IMG/VR virus record: IMGVR_UViG_3300048578_000341
Coordinates: 1-28,065 of that record
Reading direction: 5' to 3' (one strand)
DNA from: a virus
Lineage: Duplodnaviria; Caudoviricetes
Length of the DNA: 28,065 nucleotides
Positions 6,952 to 15,209 of the stretch are shown in pieces. The stretch's first letter is position 1. Each line of letters begins with the position of its first letter. The translations under genes were made by a program, and so were the position numbers. The notes under the pieces are model-generated. The model was not told the origin of the DNA and made no database searches. It worked only from the letters and a program-made list of their open reading frames with translations.

Positions 6952-7170
6952 ATGTACAGCGATGGACACGCGATCATGGCGGCCCAGCGTGCTGCGAGGT
7001 TGGCTGAGAAGAAGCGGAAGCCTGAGCACGCCAGGGGACTGCCAATCATCAATCCGCGAGTTCCTACTGAGCGGAAGAAACGGATGATCTATCCGCATGA
7101 CTTTCCAAGGGAGCAGGTCGCAAGAGGCGATTCGCACGGGTTTGTTGTCGACTACACGGAGGGCATGTGA
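6952..7170 (+). CDS. Hypothetical basic protein
   Basis: AAGGAG RBS; abuts both neighbours. Confidence 0.65.
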   Translation: MYSDGHAIMAAQRAARLAEKKRKPEHARGLPIINPRVPTERKKRMIYPHDFPREQVARGDSHGFVVDYTEGM

Positions 7171-7379
7171 TGGCGTTGAAGATCTCGCACACATGGACAT
7201 GCGACATCTGCGGGGAGACTCGCACGTTCCACCAAGGGGGCTGTGAGATGTTCTCCAGCATCCTCGAACTGAAGTCGCTTCCTGCGGATTGGCACTATAT
7301 CAGGGGCAGAATGGTCTGTCCGAAACACCGGATCGAGATCGATCGGCCGCAGCCGTTCATCGTGAACGAGGGAGAGTAA
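7170..7379 (+). CDS. Small Zn-binding protein
   Basis: CDICG...W...CPKH; TGATG coupling; GGAGG RBS. Confidence 0.72.
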   Translation: MALKISHTWTCDICGETRTFHQGGCEMFSSILELKSLPADWHYIRGRMVCPKHRIEIDRPQPFIVNEGE

Positions 7380-7380
7380 C

Positions 7381-7752
7381 ATGCGAGAGATTACGAGTCA
7401 CAAGGTGGCCGGGCTGAACGAGGCGTTGCAGGTCGTTGCAATGGACCCGCCGGGCCCCGGAAACGCCTGTCACGATTATCTGATTCGTCCATCGGTGTTC
7501 GAGGACGGTGCGTTCGATGGTTGCACTATTTTCTTTCAGAATGGACCACTGAGCGAAAGCGACCTCAATGGAGTCTCCGACGAGTCGCTGTTGGCGGTTG
7601 TCGAGGATCGTCTGCTGGGGTTTCAGTCGGGCGAGTACTCCTGCCGCGAGAATGCCATCGCGTTGACGCACATTCAGGAGGCCATGATGTGGCTTCAGAA
7701 GAGGACGCGAGACAGACTATCCAGAGGTGTCGAGGGGACGAGTCGGAAGTAA
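7381..7752 (+). CDS. tad1: Tad1-family anti-defence sponge (Thoeris anti-defence 1)
   Basis: Full-length motif match, from memory, to Tad1: GPGxAxHxY, IxFQxG, LLxxVxDRLxxFQxG, RENAxALTHxxEAxMW, RxVxGT; 123 aa. Confidence 0.88.
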   Translation: MREITSHKVAGLNEALQVVAMDPPGPGNACHDYLIRPSVFEDGAFDGCTIFFQNGPLSESDLNGVSDESLLAVVEDRLLGFQSGEYSCRENAIALTHIQEAMMWLQKRTRDRLSRGVEGTSRK

Positions 7753-7791
7753 CGAACGGAGCGATGTTGCCAGGATGTGAAGGAGTGATCG

Positions 7792-7965
7792 GTGGGGCTG
7801 AAGTACCAGAAACCTTGCGTGGTCACCGGCGACCCGATACTAGACCTACTCATGGGGAAGCCTGTGCCTGCGGAATTGGTACTACGGGCCGTGGACAAAA
7901 TCTGGGCCGAAATAAACAAGATGATCGATGAACTGCCGCCGTTGCGGCGAGGGAATAACCGATGA
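7792..7965 (+). CDS. Hypothetical protein (57 aa, below the ORF-track cutoff)
   Basis: AAGGAG RBS, GTG start, MGLKYQKPCVVTGDPILDLL...; stop overlaps the next start (ATGA). Confidence 0.62.
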   Translation: MGLKYQKPCVVTGDPILDLLMGKPVPAELVLRAVDKIWAEINKMIDELPPLRRGNNR

Positions 7966-8204
7966 AGGTTGGCGCCTTGGTCCATGTGTCCTGGATTGAT
8001 TCCTGCGCGTCTGGCGGATGGAGGGGACGCGACGGCGTCAGTAGCGCAACGGTCTGCGAGAGCGTCGGCTGGTTGGTGCGCGACGATCCCGATTCGATCA
8101 CCGTAGCTGGCCACCGATCGGAGTCAACGGACGAATGGAATGGGATGATGACGATTCCCAAGGTGGCAGTAAAATCAATCAAGCGGATTGGAGAGAAGCG
8201 ATGA
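7962..8204 (+). CDS. Conserved-type small phage beta-barrel protein (WxD...GW...SVGWL...IP)
   Basis: VHVSWIDS..GGW...CESVGWLV...MTIPKVAVKSIKRI; ATGA coupling on both sides. Confidence 0.78.
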   Translation: MKVGALVHVSWIDSCASGGWRGRDGVSSATVCESVGWLVRDDPDSITVAGHRSESTDEWNGMMTIPKVAVKSIKRIGEKR

Positions 8205-9358
8205 AGTACCGACTGAAGTCTGACCACAGTGTGGTGGTTGAGCCGGACTGTGAAGGATGCCGCAAGGAAAGGTACGTTCTTTCATGCCGGCAATGTGGTA
8301 AGCACGAATCTTGCCCGGTATACGCTGGCAGCGGCCGGTGGGAGCCAGTCCCCGAGGAGAAGCCGGCCGAGCCGGAGACGTCGCCGATGGATCTGAGAGA
8401 GACGGCGTGGACTATCATCTGCAACGTGGACGGCGGCAACTGGGGAAATCAGACCGAGGAGTGGCGAACTGCGGCGAGGCGACTTCGGGATAAGCGGTAC
8501 AAGATGCTCAATGAGGCAACGAAGGAACCGACGAAGCCGGCCGCCCAACCCGCCCCTACCCCCGCCTTCCATCACTTCGATACGGACAAGCTGCAAGCGG
8601 CCCTGTGTATTGGCTACACCGAGACCGGCGACTGGTGGTCTACCGATCATGCGGGCATAGTGAAACAACGACTGCCAGGTGAAACCGTTGCTGAGTACAT
8701 CGCCGGGCAGATGCTTGACCAGGCCATGCGGGAGCGAGTAGTGGCGGCCGGAGTGGATAAGGACGGGAAGCCCGTTGTGGCCAATAAGCCGGCCGTGCGG
8801 ACCGTTGGCGTCGACCCAGCGGCGCCCGGTGGCGACCAGACCGCGTATTTGGTGGCTGAGTCGTCCGTTCCGATCGAGGATGAGCTGCACAACGCAGAGG
8901 CTGCCCTGCGCGTAACTGGTATGCCAATTGAGGTGATTGACGTGCTTCATCGTGCCGCCGCCGAGATCCGGAATTTGCGTGCGACAATTCGCTACATGCA
9001 GGCCCCCGTGACTGCTACGATCGAAAATGATTACGACAGCCGACCTTCTAGTGGCGTCGAATCGACAATCGCCAAAAACATGAACAGGAAGCGTCCGAAC
9101 GTCGTTCCAACCACCTCGAAGTTTCGCGGCCACAAGATTTACTTGGAAGTAGTCTGTGACGAACTGGTCGCGAAGATCCACGCAAAGGCTTTTGACTGCA
9201 AGATCGGCGAGTTTTTCTCCGAAAGGTTGTGCGACCCAATGGTCCTGAAGGACAAGCCCAAGTCGGCTCCTCGCAAGGTACGGCTGATGCTTCCGTGGCA
9301 GTCTCCCGGCACGGAACGCTTGTATCCGGTCGATGCGACGATCGAGGACTTGCAATGA
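8201..9358 (+). CDS. Mosaic multi-module hypothetical protein
   Basis: Cys-rich N-terminus, AWTIICNVDGGNW..EW module, GVDPAAPGGD motif, Pro-rich linkers. Confidence 0.75.
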   Translation: MKYRLKSDHSVVVEPDCEGCRKERYVLSCRQCGKHESCPVYAGSGRWEPVPEEKPAEPETSPMDLRETAWTIICNVDGGNWGNQTEEWRTAARRLRDKRYKMLNEATKEPTKPAAQPAPTPAFHHFDTDKLQAALCIGYTETGDWWSTDHAGIVKQRLPGETVAEYIAGQMLDQAMRERVVAAGVDKDGKPVVANKPAVRTVGVDPAAPGGDQTAYLVAESSVPIEDELHNAEAALRVTGMPIEVIDVLHRAAAEIRNLRATIRYMQAPVTATIENDYDSRPSSGVESTIAKNMNRKRPNVVPTTSKFRGHKIYLEVVCDELVAKIHAKAFDCKIGEFFSERLCDPMVLKDKPKSAPRKVRLMLPWQSPGTERLYPVDATIEDLQ

Positions 9359-9561
9359 AGTCTATGTCTACCATCCGCCGTCAGCTTCACATCCTCAACC
9401 GTTTTCGGGACACGGGAAAGGATACAGAGGGTCATCGACTTTCCGACTCTGAAATAATCCACGCTTTCCATGCATCGCAGGCACTACGTTGGGTATTGGA
9501 TGAAATGCGTGAATCTCCCAGCAGGGAAATCGAGATTTTTGAGACTGTTGAGACGCGATGA
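9355..9561 (+). CDS. Hypothetical protein
   Basis: ATGA coupling, GAGG RBS. Confidence 0.6.
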   Translation: MKSMSTIRRQLHILNRFRDTGKDTEGHRLSDSEIIHAFHASQALRWVLDEMRESPSREIEIFETVETR

Positions 9562-9574
9562 TCGAGGAGTTGGA

Positions 9575-9754
9575 ATGAAGATCTTCGATATGGGACGCAA
9601 CCTTCCCAGGATTGAACTGTTCGGGTTCCAGAAGGTAGCCATGTTGGAAGCTCCAGAGATGCTTCTCAAGCCAGCACGCAACTGCTCGGTGGGCCCAATA
9701 CTTGCGTATCTGTCCGCAAGACCTCTTCAGCATGAACCCCGTAGGTACACATGA
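9575..9754 (+). CDS. Hypothetical protein
   Basis: GAGGAG RBS; stop overlaps the next start. Confidence 0.55.
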   Translation: MKIFDMGRNLPRIELFGFQKVAMLEAPEMLLKPARNCSVGPILAYLSARPLQHEPRRYT

Positions 9755-10188
9755 ACCGTCGCAACTTCATCGCCAGTATCCTCGCCGCCTTCGCGTCTCC
9801 GTTCGCCGTGAAGGCGTCGTTGGCGTTTCCTCGAAAGCAAAGGAAGATCCAAGACCTCTTCCGTGGTGACTGGGAACGTGCCAGGAGCGAGATCGCCGCG
9901 TTGGCTTGGAAGTGCTCCGACAAATTCCAAGTCCCTGTTGAATGCGGCAAGTGGATGGTTTCGACAGACTTCGCGCCGAGGCAGCATTCGCTCCTGCTTG
10001 TGTTTTTCGACGCGTGGAATTGTCGCCTTGGAAAGGTCGCAACAGTTGTCGTTCCAGTCGACATGCGGGAGTACGCAACTGACGAAAGCGATGTGAGTCG
10101 AAAGATTACGTCTCGGTTTGAGGATCAGTCGCCACGAATGTGCGGACTGTACGACGTGACTCCGCTGCCAAATGGAGTCACCTCGTAG
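9751..10188 (+). CDS. Protein with twin-arginine (Tat)-like signal peptide
   Basis: MNRRNFIASILAAFASPFAVKA. Confidence 0.7.
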   Translation: MNRRNFIASILAAFASPFAVKASLAFPRKQRKIQDLFRGDWERARSEIAALAWKCSDKFQVPVECGKWMVSTDFAPRQHSLLLVFFDAWNCRLGKVATVVVPVDMREYATDESDVSRKITSRFEDQSPRMCGLYDVTPLPNGVTS

Positions 10189-10219
10189 TGGATATTTACC
10201 CAGGAGGCTGAGTCTCCTG
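10150..10219 (+). terminator. Two hairpins upstream of terL (possible terminator or processing site)
   Basis: TACGAcGTGACTCC..GGAGTCACcTCGTA (10150-10187) and CAGGAGG..TCTCCTG (10201-10219). Confidence 0.35.
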
Positions 10220-10256
10220 TTATCGGTATCAAGGACGTTTACTAAACCGTTGGTTC

Positions 10257-12197
10257 ATGCTGAATCTTTATGAAAAAGTTCCCAAGGAGCTTGGGGCAAA
10301 TCTTGAATACCGCCTGAGGATACGCCGACGTGCGAAGGTGGATCCTGCATTTCGTAGTGCTCTCGTGTCTGCATGCCGGCACGACGTTCTCTACTTCTTC
10401 AACGCATTCTGTTGGCTGTTTGAACCACGGCCAATGTTCGACGCGGACGGTGTAGCCCTTCCATCGATCATCCCGTTCATTACTTGGGCACACCAAGACC
10501 CAGCGATCCTGGAGATCAAGGAAAACCTCGGGATCGAGGACATTGGAGTCGAGAAGTCCCGCGGCGAAGGCGTGTCATGGATTGCTTGTCTCCTTGCGGT
10601 CCATGATTGGATATTCTCTCCGCAGTCGTCTCCTGCCACTATCGGCCTAGTGTCTCGCACCGAGGATGCTGCCGACAACCCGGACGACCCTGACTCCCTG
10701 TTTTGGAAGATCGACTGGGAGCTTCTGCAACTCCCAAAGTGGATGGTTGGAACAAAGGGCGTCGACTACAAACGCAACCTCGGCGACCACACGCTGAAGA
10801 ACCTTCGTACGAATTCGACGATCGCAGCCTACGCTGCCGTGGCCGACGTGGCGTCCGGTGGACGTAAGAAGTGGTTCCTGATGGACGAGTTGGCGAAGTT
10901 CCCACCCGGCGCCGACGACGACGCCATGACAAGCACTCAGCAGGTGACCAAGTCTCGCCTGGTTGTCAGCACCCCGAAGGGCACGTCCGGGGCGTACTTT
11001 AAGGTGATGCACGAGCCGTCCAGTATGGTCAAAGTGATCCTCGACTGGAAGGACAACCCGAGCAGGAATCGGAGCCTATACCGCATTCGAGACGGGAAGC
11101 CGGTTGCCGAGGATCCGGTCAACAATCCTCTTCCGCCCGACTACGATCCTCCGTCGCAAGCCATTCTGAATTTGTTCTCCCGTCTCCGCAGGAAGGGGTT
11201 CAAATTGGAGGGGAGGGTTCGCAGTCCATGGTATGACCATGAATGCGACCGAATGCGTGCCACCCCACAGAATATCGCCCAGGAACTTGACCGCGATTAC
11301 GGCGGCGCGATGTTCAAGATCTTCGGACACGATTTCTTCGAGAAGGCCGATTCGTCCACGCGGCCTCCGTTCCTACAGGGAGTGCTGACGTACCACCCAG
11401 AGACGTTGGAACCAGAGTTCGACATTACGGACGATGGTCCGTTCCACCTGTGGTTCAATCTGGATAGCCGCGGTCGTCCACCAAGACACAACTTTGTGGG
11501 GGGGGCGGACATCTGCACGGGACTCGCTGGGAGCTACACGTCAAATTCCGTGTTGACGTTCATCGACACCAACACGATGACTCAGGCGTTCTCCTTTGCG
11601 TCCAACTCAATTCCTCCATCTGACTTTGCTGACCTGGCGATCGCGGCCAGTAAGTGGCTAAACGACGCCCTGCTTGCGTGGGAGCACAATGGTCCTGGAT
11701 CTGGATTCACGAAACGGGTGATCGACAAGCGTTACGGTCACACCTACTTCCGAACGATCCTGACGAAGAAGTCCAAGAGGAAAACCAAGGAGCTTGGCTG
11801 GTGGACCGATCCTCGGAGCAAAGAGATCATGTTTTCTGAGTTCTCCAGGACGGTCCGTCGTGGAGAGCTTACGTTGTACGACGATAAGCTCGTCGAGGAG
11901 TGCGGGCAGTACGTTCGGGGGGCAAATGGCAAGATCGTCCATATTCAACAGGCCAGGACGGAAGACGTCTCGTCGCAGGGTGAGGCACACGGTGACAGGG
12001 TGATCGCTGCCTGTGTGTGCCTTCAGGCGGTGAGGGACCGGCCTGCCCGTGCCGTCAAGGAGGACGAGGACTTCCAGGCAGACGATCCTCCACCGTACAC
12101 GATGGCGGCCAGGCAGAAGGAATACGAGGACGCCCAGAAGGCCAAGGACGAAGCCTGGGACGACAGGACGAATTGGGACATGACGCGGAGAATCTGA
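10257..12197 (+). CDS. terL: Terminase large subunit
   Basis: EKSRGEGVSW (Walker A-like), FLMDE (Walker B), VSTPKG coupling motif, GGADICTG and HGDRVIA nuclease motifs. Confidence 0.95.
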   Translation: MLNLYEKVPKELGANLEYRLRIRRRAKVDPAFRSALVSACRHDVLYFFNAFCWLFEPRPMFDADGVALPSIIPFITWAHQDPAILEIKENLGIEDIGVEKSRGEGVSWIACLLAVHDWIFSPQSSPATIGLVSRTEDAADNPDDPDSLFWKIDWELLQLPKWMVGTKGVDYKRNLGDHTLKNLRTNSTIAAYAAVADVASGGRKKWFLMDELAKFPPGADDDAMTSTQQVTKSRLVVSTPKGTSGAYFKVMHEPSSMVKVILDWKDNPSRNRSLYRIRDGKPVAEDPVNNPLPPDYDPPSQAILNLFSRLRRKGFKLEGRVRSPWYDHECDRMRATPQNIAQELDRDYGGAMFKIFGHDFFEKADSSTRPPFLQGVLTYHPETLEPEFDITDDGPFHLWFNLDSRGRPPRHNFVGGADICTGLAGSYTSNSVLTFIDTNTMTQAFSFASNSIPPSDFADLAIAASKWLNDALLAWEHNGPGSGFTKRVIDKRYGHTYFRTILTKKSKRKTKELGWWTDPRSKEIMFSEFSRTVRRGELTLYDDKLVEECGQYVRGANGKIVHIQQARTEDVSSQGEAHGDRVIAACVCLQAVRDRPARAVKEDEDFQADDPPPYTMAARQKEYEDAQKAKDEAWDDRTNWDMTRRI

Positions 12198-12222
12198 GTT
12201 TTAGGGGGTCGAGTGGTAGACT

Positions 12223-12708
12223 ATGCAATTGCAGAAGAGTTTTTCCGACGTGTCGTCTCCGGATGACCTGAGCGACACAACGATCGTTGTCATAGGTTTG
12301 TGGCACATGGGGGTGTCCCGGTTTCGGGATATTGCTGAGGTACTGAACGTGGTTGATGTTCGCCCATTGAAGCGGCTGATGCGAAACCTCAGGACCAGCA
12401 AGAACCCGGTAGTGCGTCGGAGTGTCGACGTTGGTCTTCCGCCTGGTGTATGCCGACCGCTGCCGTGGGAAGGAACAGAGGTCTATTGCTGTCTGTGTGG
12501 TATGCGAGTGACTCAGGTTCCTTGCCCCGTGTGTAGCCTGAAGCCCACACGTCGCGTGAAAGAGGAACCCGCAGTGATCGATCGCCGCCGGCCAACTGAA
12601 CCGATCCCAACATCTGCCAAACCAGGAACATTTGAAAAAGTAAATGTGATGAGAGGTCGCGTTCTTGCTGGCCAGGCGGTTTTCCACCCGGCCGACGCGA
12701 CATGGTGA
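12223..12708 (+). CDS. Putative DNA-binding protein (HTH-like, Cys4 Zn finger, PTxAxPGxxEK...FHPxD tail)
   Basis: FRDIAEVLNV, CCLC-x8-CPVC; the TGA stop is supplied by palindrome copy 11. Confidence 0.7.
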   Translation: MQLQKSFSDVSSPDDLSDTTIVVIGLWHMGVSRFRDIAEVLNVVDVRPLKRLMRNLRTSKNPVVRRSVDVGLPPGVCRPLPWEGTEVYCCLCGMRVTQVPCPVCSLKPTRRVKEEPAVIDRRRPTEPIPTSAKPGTFEKVNVMRGRVLAGQAVFHPADATW

Positions 12709-12719
12709 CACAGTGTCAC
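12705..12719. repeat. 15-bp palindrome copy 11 (exact)
   Basis: Between the Zn-finger gene and the portal gene. Confidence 0.95.
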
Positions 12720-12736
12720 TTGTGAAGGGGTAACCG

Positions 12737-14563
12737 ATGAATCTCGACAAGGAAGTCGACAGAAACCGTCTGTTTCGGGCCATGGAGTGGTCCTACCGCC
12801 AGCTTGAGCCATGGCGGAACCTAGTGCGTGGTCTTGTGGAGGAGTACGCCGGCTCTGGGTATGGGGCAGATAGTGCCAAGGTCAAGCACGAGATCTTGGT
12901 GAACCTGATGAACCAGACGGTGGACGCCTACACGATGTCCCTCGTTGCCAACCGGCCGAGGATCATCGTCACAACGAAGAACGACCAGCTTCGACCTTTT
13001 GCGAAGCAGTTCGAGGTGGCGACCAATAATCTCATCCAAGAGATCGAGCTTGAATTCACTCTTCGGCAGTCGGTGCTCAACGCCTTTTTTTGTCTGGGGA
13101 TCATCAAGGTCTACATGGGCAATTCGGCCGCCGTGCAGCTTGAAGAGGACCTGTGGATGGACCCTGGGACGCCGTATGCGTCGAGTGTGTCTCTGGACAA
13201 CTGGGTTCACGATATGGGGGTCAATCAGTACAGCAAGATCCGGTACGCCGGAGACTGGTACAGACTTCCGTTTTCTGATCTTCAGAACGGCGCGTTCGAC
13301 CAGAGCGTTGTGGAGAACCTCGCTCCGACCTCCAAGCATTCCTACGATTCCGGGGACAATAGGCTTGACCAAATCTCGATCGGCTCCGACGTCGACCAGG
13401 ATGAGGTTGAGCCAATGATCGACCTGATGGACGTCTGGATCCCAAAGGAGCGGAGGATCTACACGTTTCCGATGGAACCGGCTCGCCCGTTCTCCGGGAA
13501 GTTCGGGCCGATCGCCGTCATGGACTGGGATGGACCAGAGGATGGCCCGTACCATCTGCTGAGTTTCAACGATGTTCCAGAAAACATCATGCCCACCAGC
13601 CCGGCCTCGCATCTTTCCGGGCTCGCCAGGTTGGCAAACAGCGTACTCCGCAAGCAGTCGCGACAAGCCAAGCGACAGAAGGACGTCTACACCTACACGC
13701 CCGCCGGGGCGGAAGGCGCCAAGAAGATTCAGCGTACGGACGACGGTCAGTGGGTTGAGGTGGACGACGTCAAGGAAATTGGCGTGATGAAGATGGGCGG
13801 CGTCGACAGTGGGAACCAGGCATTCTTCCTGAGCACCGTCGAACTATACGACCGCATGGCCGGGAACCTCAAGGCGATGGTTGGGCTTGGGTCTCAGGCT
13901 GCCACGCTTGGGCAAGAGCAGTTGATCCACGGCGCCGTGTCGAAGAAAGAGGCGCACATGCAATACAAGGTCGTGGAACACACGACGAGTGTCATTCGCG
14001 ACCTTGGATACCTGCTGTGGTCCGACTCTGCCAAGGTCATCCCAGGGAAGATCCAGATCCCAGGAGCGCAAGGGTATGCCGTCGATGCCACATGGACCCC
14101 TGGAGATCGCGAGGGAGACTTCTACGACTACCAGTTGGGGATCGACGTATACTCGATGCCGTACCAGTCTCCGGCACAGCGTGCGCAAACGCTGAACACG
14201 TTGATCGGTCAGATATACGCCCCGTTGTCTCAGTTGCTGATGCAGCAGGGCGGCACGCTGGATATTCGCAAGATCACCGAAATCTACTCCGAGCTTCTGA
14301 ACATCCCAGAACTGAAGGAGATCGTTCGGTTCGACGCGATGCCTCCGGCAATGGGTCAGCCAGGGCAGCCGCCCCAGCCGGGCCAGGGGCAGCCTCAGAG
14401 AGGTCAGTCTGGTCCGTCGAAGCCGCCGGCAACAACCAGGCAGTACATCCGCCAGAATGTTCCAACCGGAGGGACGGCACAGTACAGGGCGCAGGCAGAG
14501 CAACAGGCGTGGCTCGACAGAGACAAAGTTGGGTCCGCGGGTAACGTAGCGGCAGTCAGGTAA
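12737..14563 (+). CDS. Portal protein
   Basis: 608 aa after terL; ANRPRI, GIIKV and ATLGQEQL motifs with a Gln/Pro-rich tail typical of podovirus-like portals. Confidence 0.88.
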   Translation: MNLDKEVDRNRLFRAMEWSYRQLEPWRNLVRGLVEEYAGSGYGADSAKVKHEILVNLMNQTVDAYTMSLVANRPRIIVTTKNDQLRPFAKQFEVATNNLIQEIELEFTLRQSVLNAFFCLGIIKVYMGNSAAVQLEEDLWMDPGTPYASSVSLDNWVHDMGVNQYSKIRYAGDWYRLPFSDLQNGAFDQSVVENLAPTSKHSYDSGDNRLDQISIGSDVDQDEVEPMIDLMDVWIPKERRIYTFPMEPARPFSGKFGPIAVMDWDGPEDGPYHLLSFNDVPENIMPTSPASHLSGLARLANSVLRKQSRQAKRQKDVYTYTPAGAEGAKKIQRTDDGQWVEVDDVKEIGVMKMGGVDSGNQAFFLSTVELYDRMAGNLKAMVGLGSQAATLGQEQLIHGAVSKKEAHMQYKVVEHTTSVIRDLGYLLWSDSAKVIPGKIQIPGAQGYAVDATWTPGDREGDFYDYQLGIDVYSMPYQSPAQRAQTLNTLIGQIYAPLSQLLMQQGGTLDIRKITEIYSELLNIPELKEIVRFDAMPPAMGQPGQPPQPGQGQPQRGQSGPSKPPATTRQYIRQNVPTGGTAQYRAQAEQQAWLDRDKVGSAGNVAAVR

Positions 14564-14591
14564 CATTCGCTGTTTCAATGGAGAGATTGCA

Positions 14592-15077
14592 GTGAGCGAG
14601 CAGGAATACACGTATCGGCGAGAAGACACTGGGGAACTGGTGACGGTTCCATGGCATGTGATGATTCAACAAGACCGAGCGGGGTATATCACGCTTTCGG
14701 ACGGCGCCCATGCCAGGCGGTGTCTTCACTTAGAGGACCACCACAACAGACCGTCGTCTTGTTCAGGAGAAGTCATTCAGCGGCCAATCGTAAGTGACTC
14801 TCTTGGTTTCGGCCAGCATCAGCTTTTGGAGTTCGAGGAGGATCGGCAGAAGAGTGGTTTTTCAGACGTCGAGTTCGTCCGAGATCCAGACGTGCCGGAG
14901 TTCATCCGCGTGAAGTGCGGATCGCGATCCACGTTTGAGCGATACGCTAGCCACCGCGGATATGTGAACCGCACGGGGATCGGCGGTGTTCGCCTGTCTC
15001 AGGAGGACCTAGACAAGGCGACGGCGGCTGTCATTACTCGCCACGGTAGCTCAACTGGCAGAGCGGCTCATTTGTAA
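14592..15077 (+). CDS. Hypothetical head-region protein
   Basis: GGAG RBS, GTG start, YTYR N-terminus; the 3' end overlaps the tRNA. Confidence 0.7.
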   Translation: MSEQEYTYRREDTGELVTVPWHVMIQQDRAGYITLSDGAHARRCLHLEDHHNRPSSCSGEVIQRPIVSDSLGFGQHQLLEFEEDRQKSGFSDVEFVRDPDVPEFIRVKCGSRSTFERYASHRGYVNRTGIGGVRLSQEDLDKATAAVITRHGSSTGRAAHL

Positions 15078-15112
15078 TGAGCGGGTTGGGGGTTCGACTC
15101 CTCTTCGTGGCT
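15040..15112 (+). tRNA. tRNA-Thr (UGU), CCA not encoded
   Basis: Cloverleaf: GCCACGG/TCGTGGC, GCTC/GAGC, GCTCA-TTTGTAA-TGAGC, GGGGG-TTCGACT-CCTCT. Confidence 0.92.
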
Positions 15113-15114
15113 CT

Positions 15115-15129
15115 GTGACCCAGTGTCAT
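15115..15129. repeat. 15-bp palindrome copy 12 (2 mismatches)
   Basis: GTGACCCAGTGTCAT, 2 bp after the tRNA 3' end. Confidence 0.75.
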
Positions 15130-15209
15130 TTTGAGACTTCAGGATTGATAGGTCTCGTGTTATATATGGTAGCAGAGGGACCTGGAAGTGAGGCATGGAG
15201 GCATTCGCT

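Noticed and set aside
7521-7931. 136-aa ORF from the track
   Set aside because: It overlaps tad1; the 57-aa ORF 7792..7965 has a better RBS and is coupled to the next gene
15040-15112. tRNA as a prophage attachment boundary
   Set aside because: Phage head genes continue on both sides, and no duplicated tRNA fragment or integrase was seen
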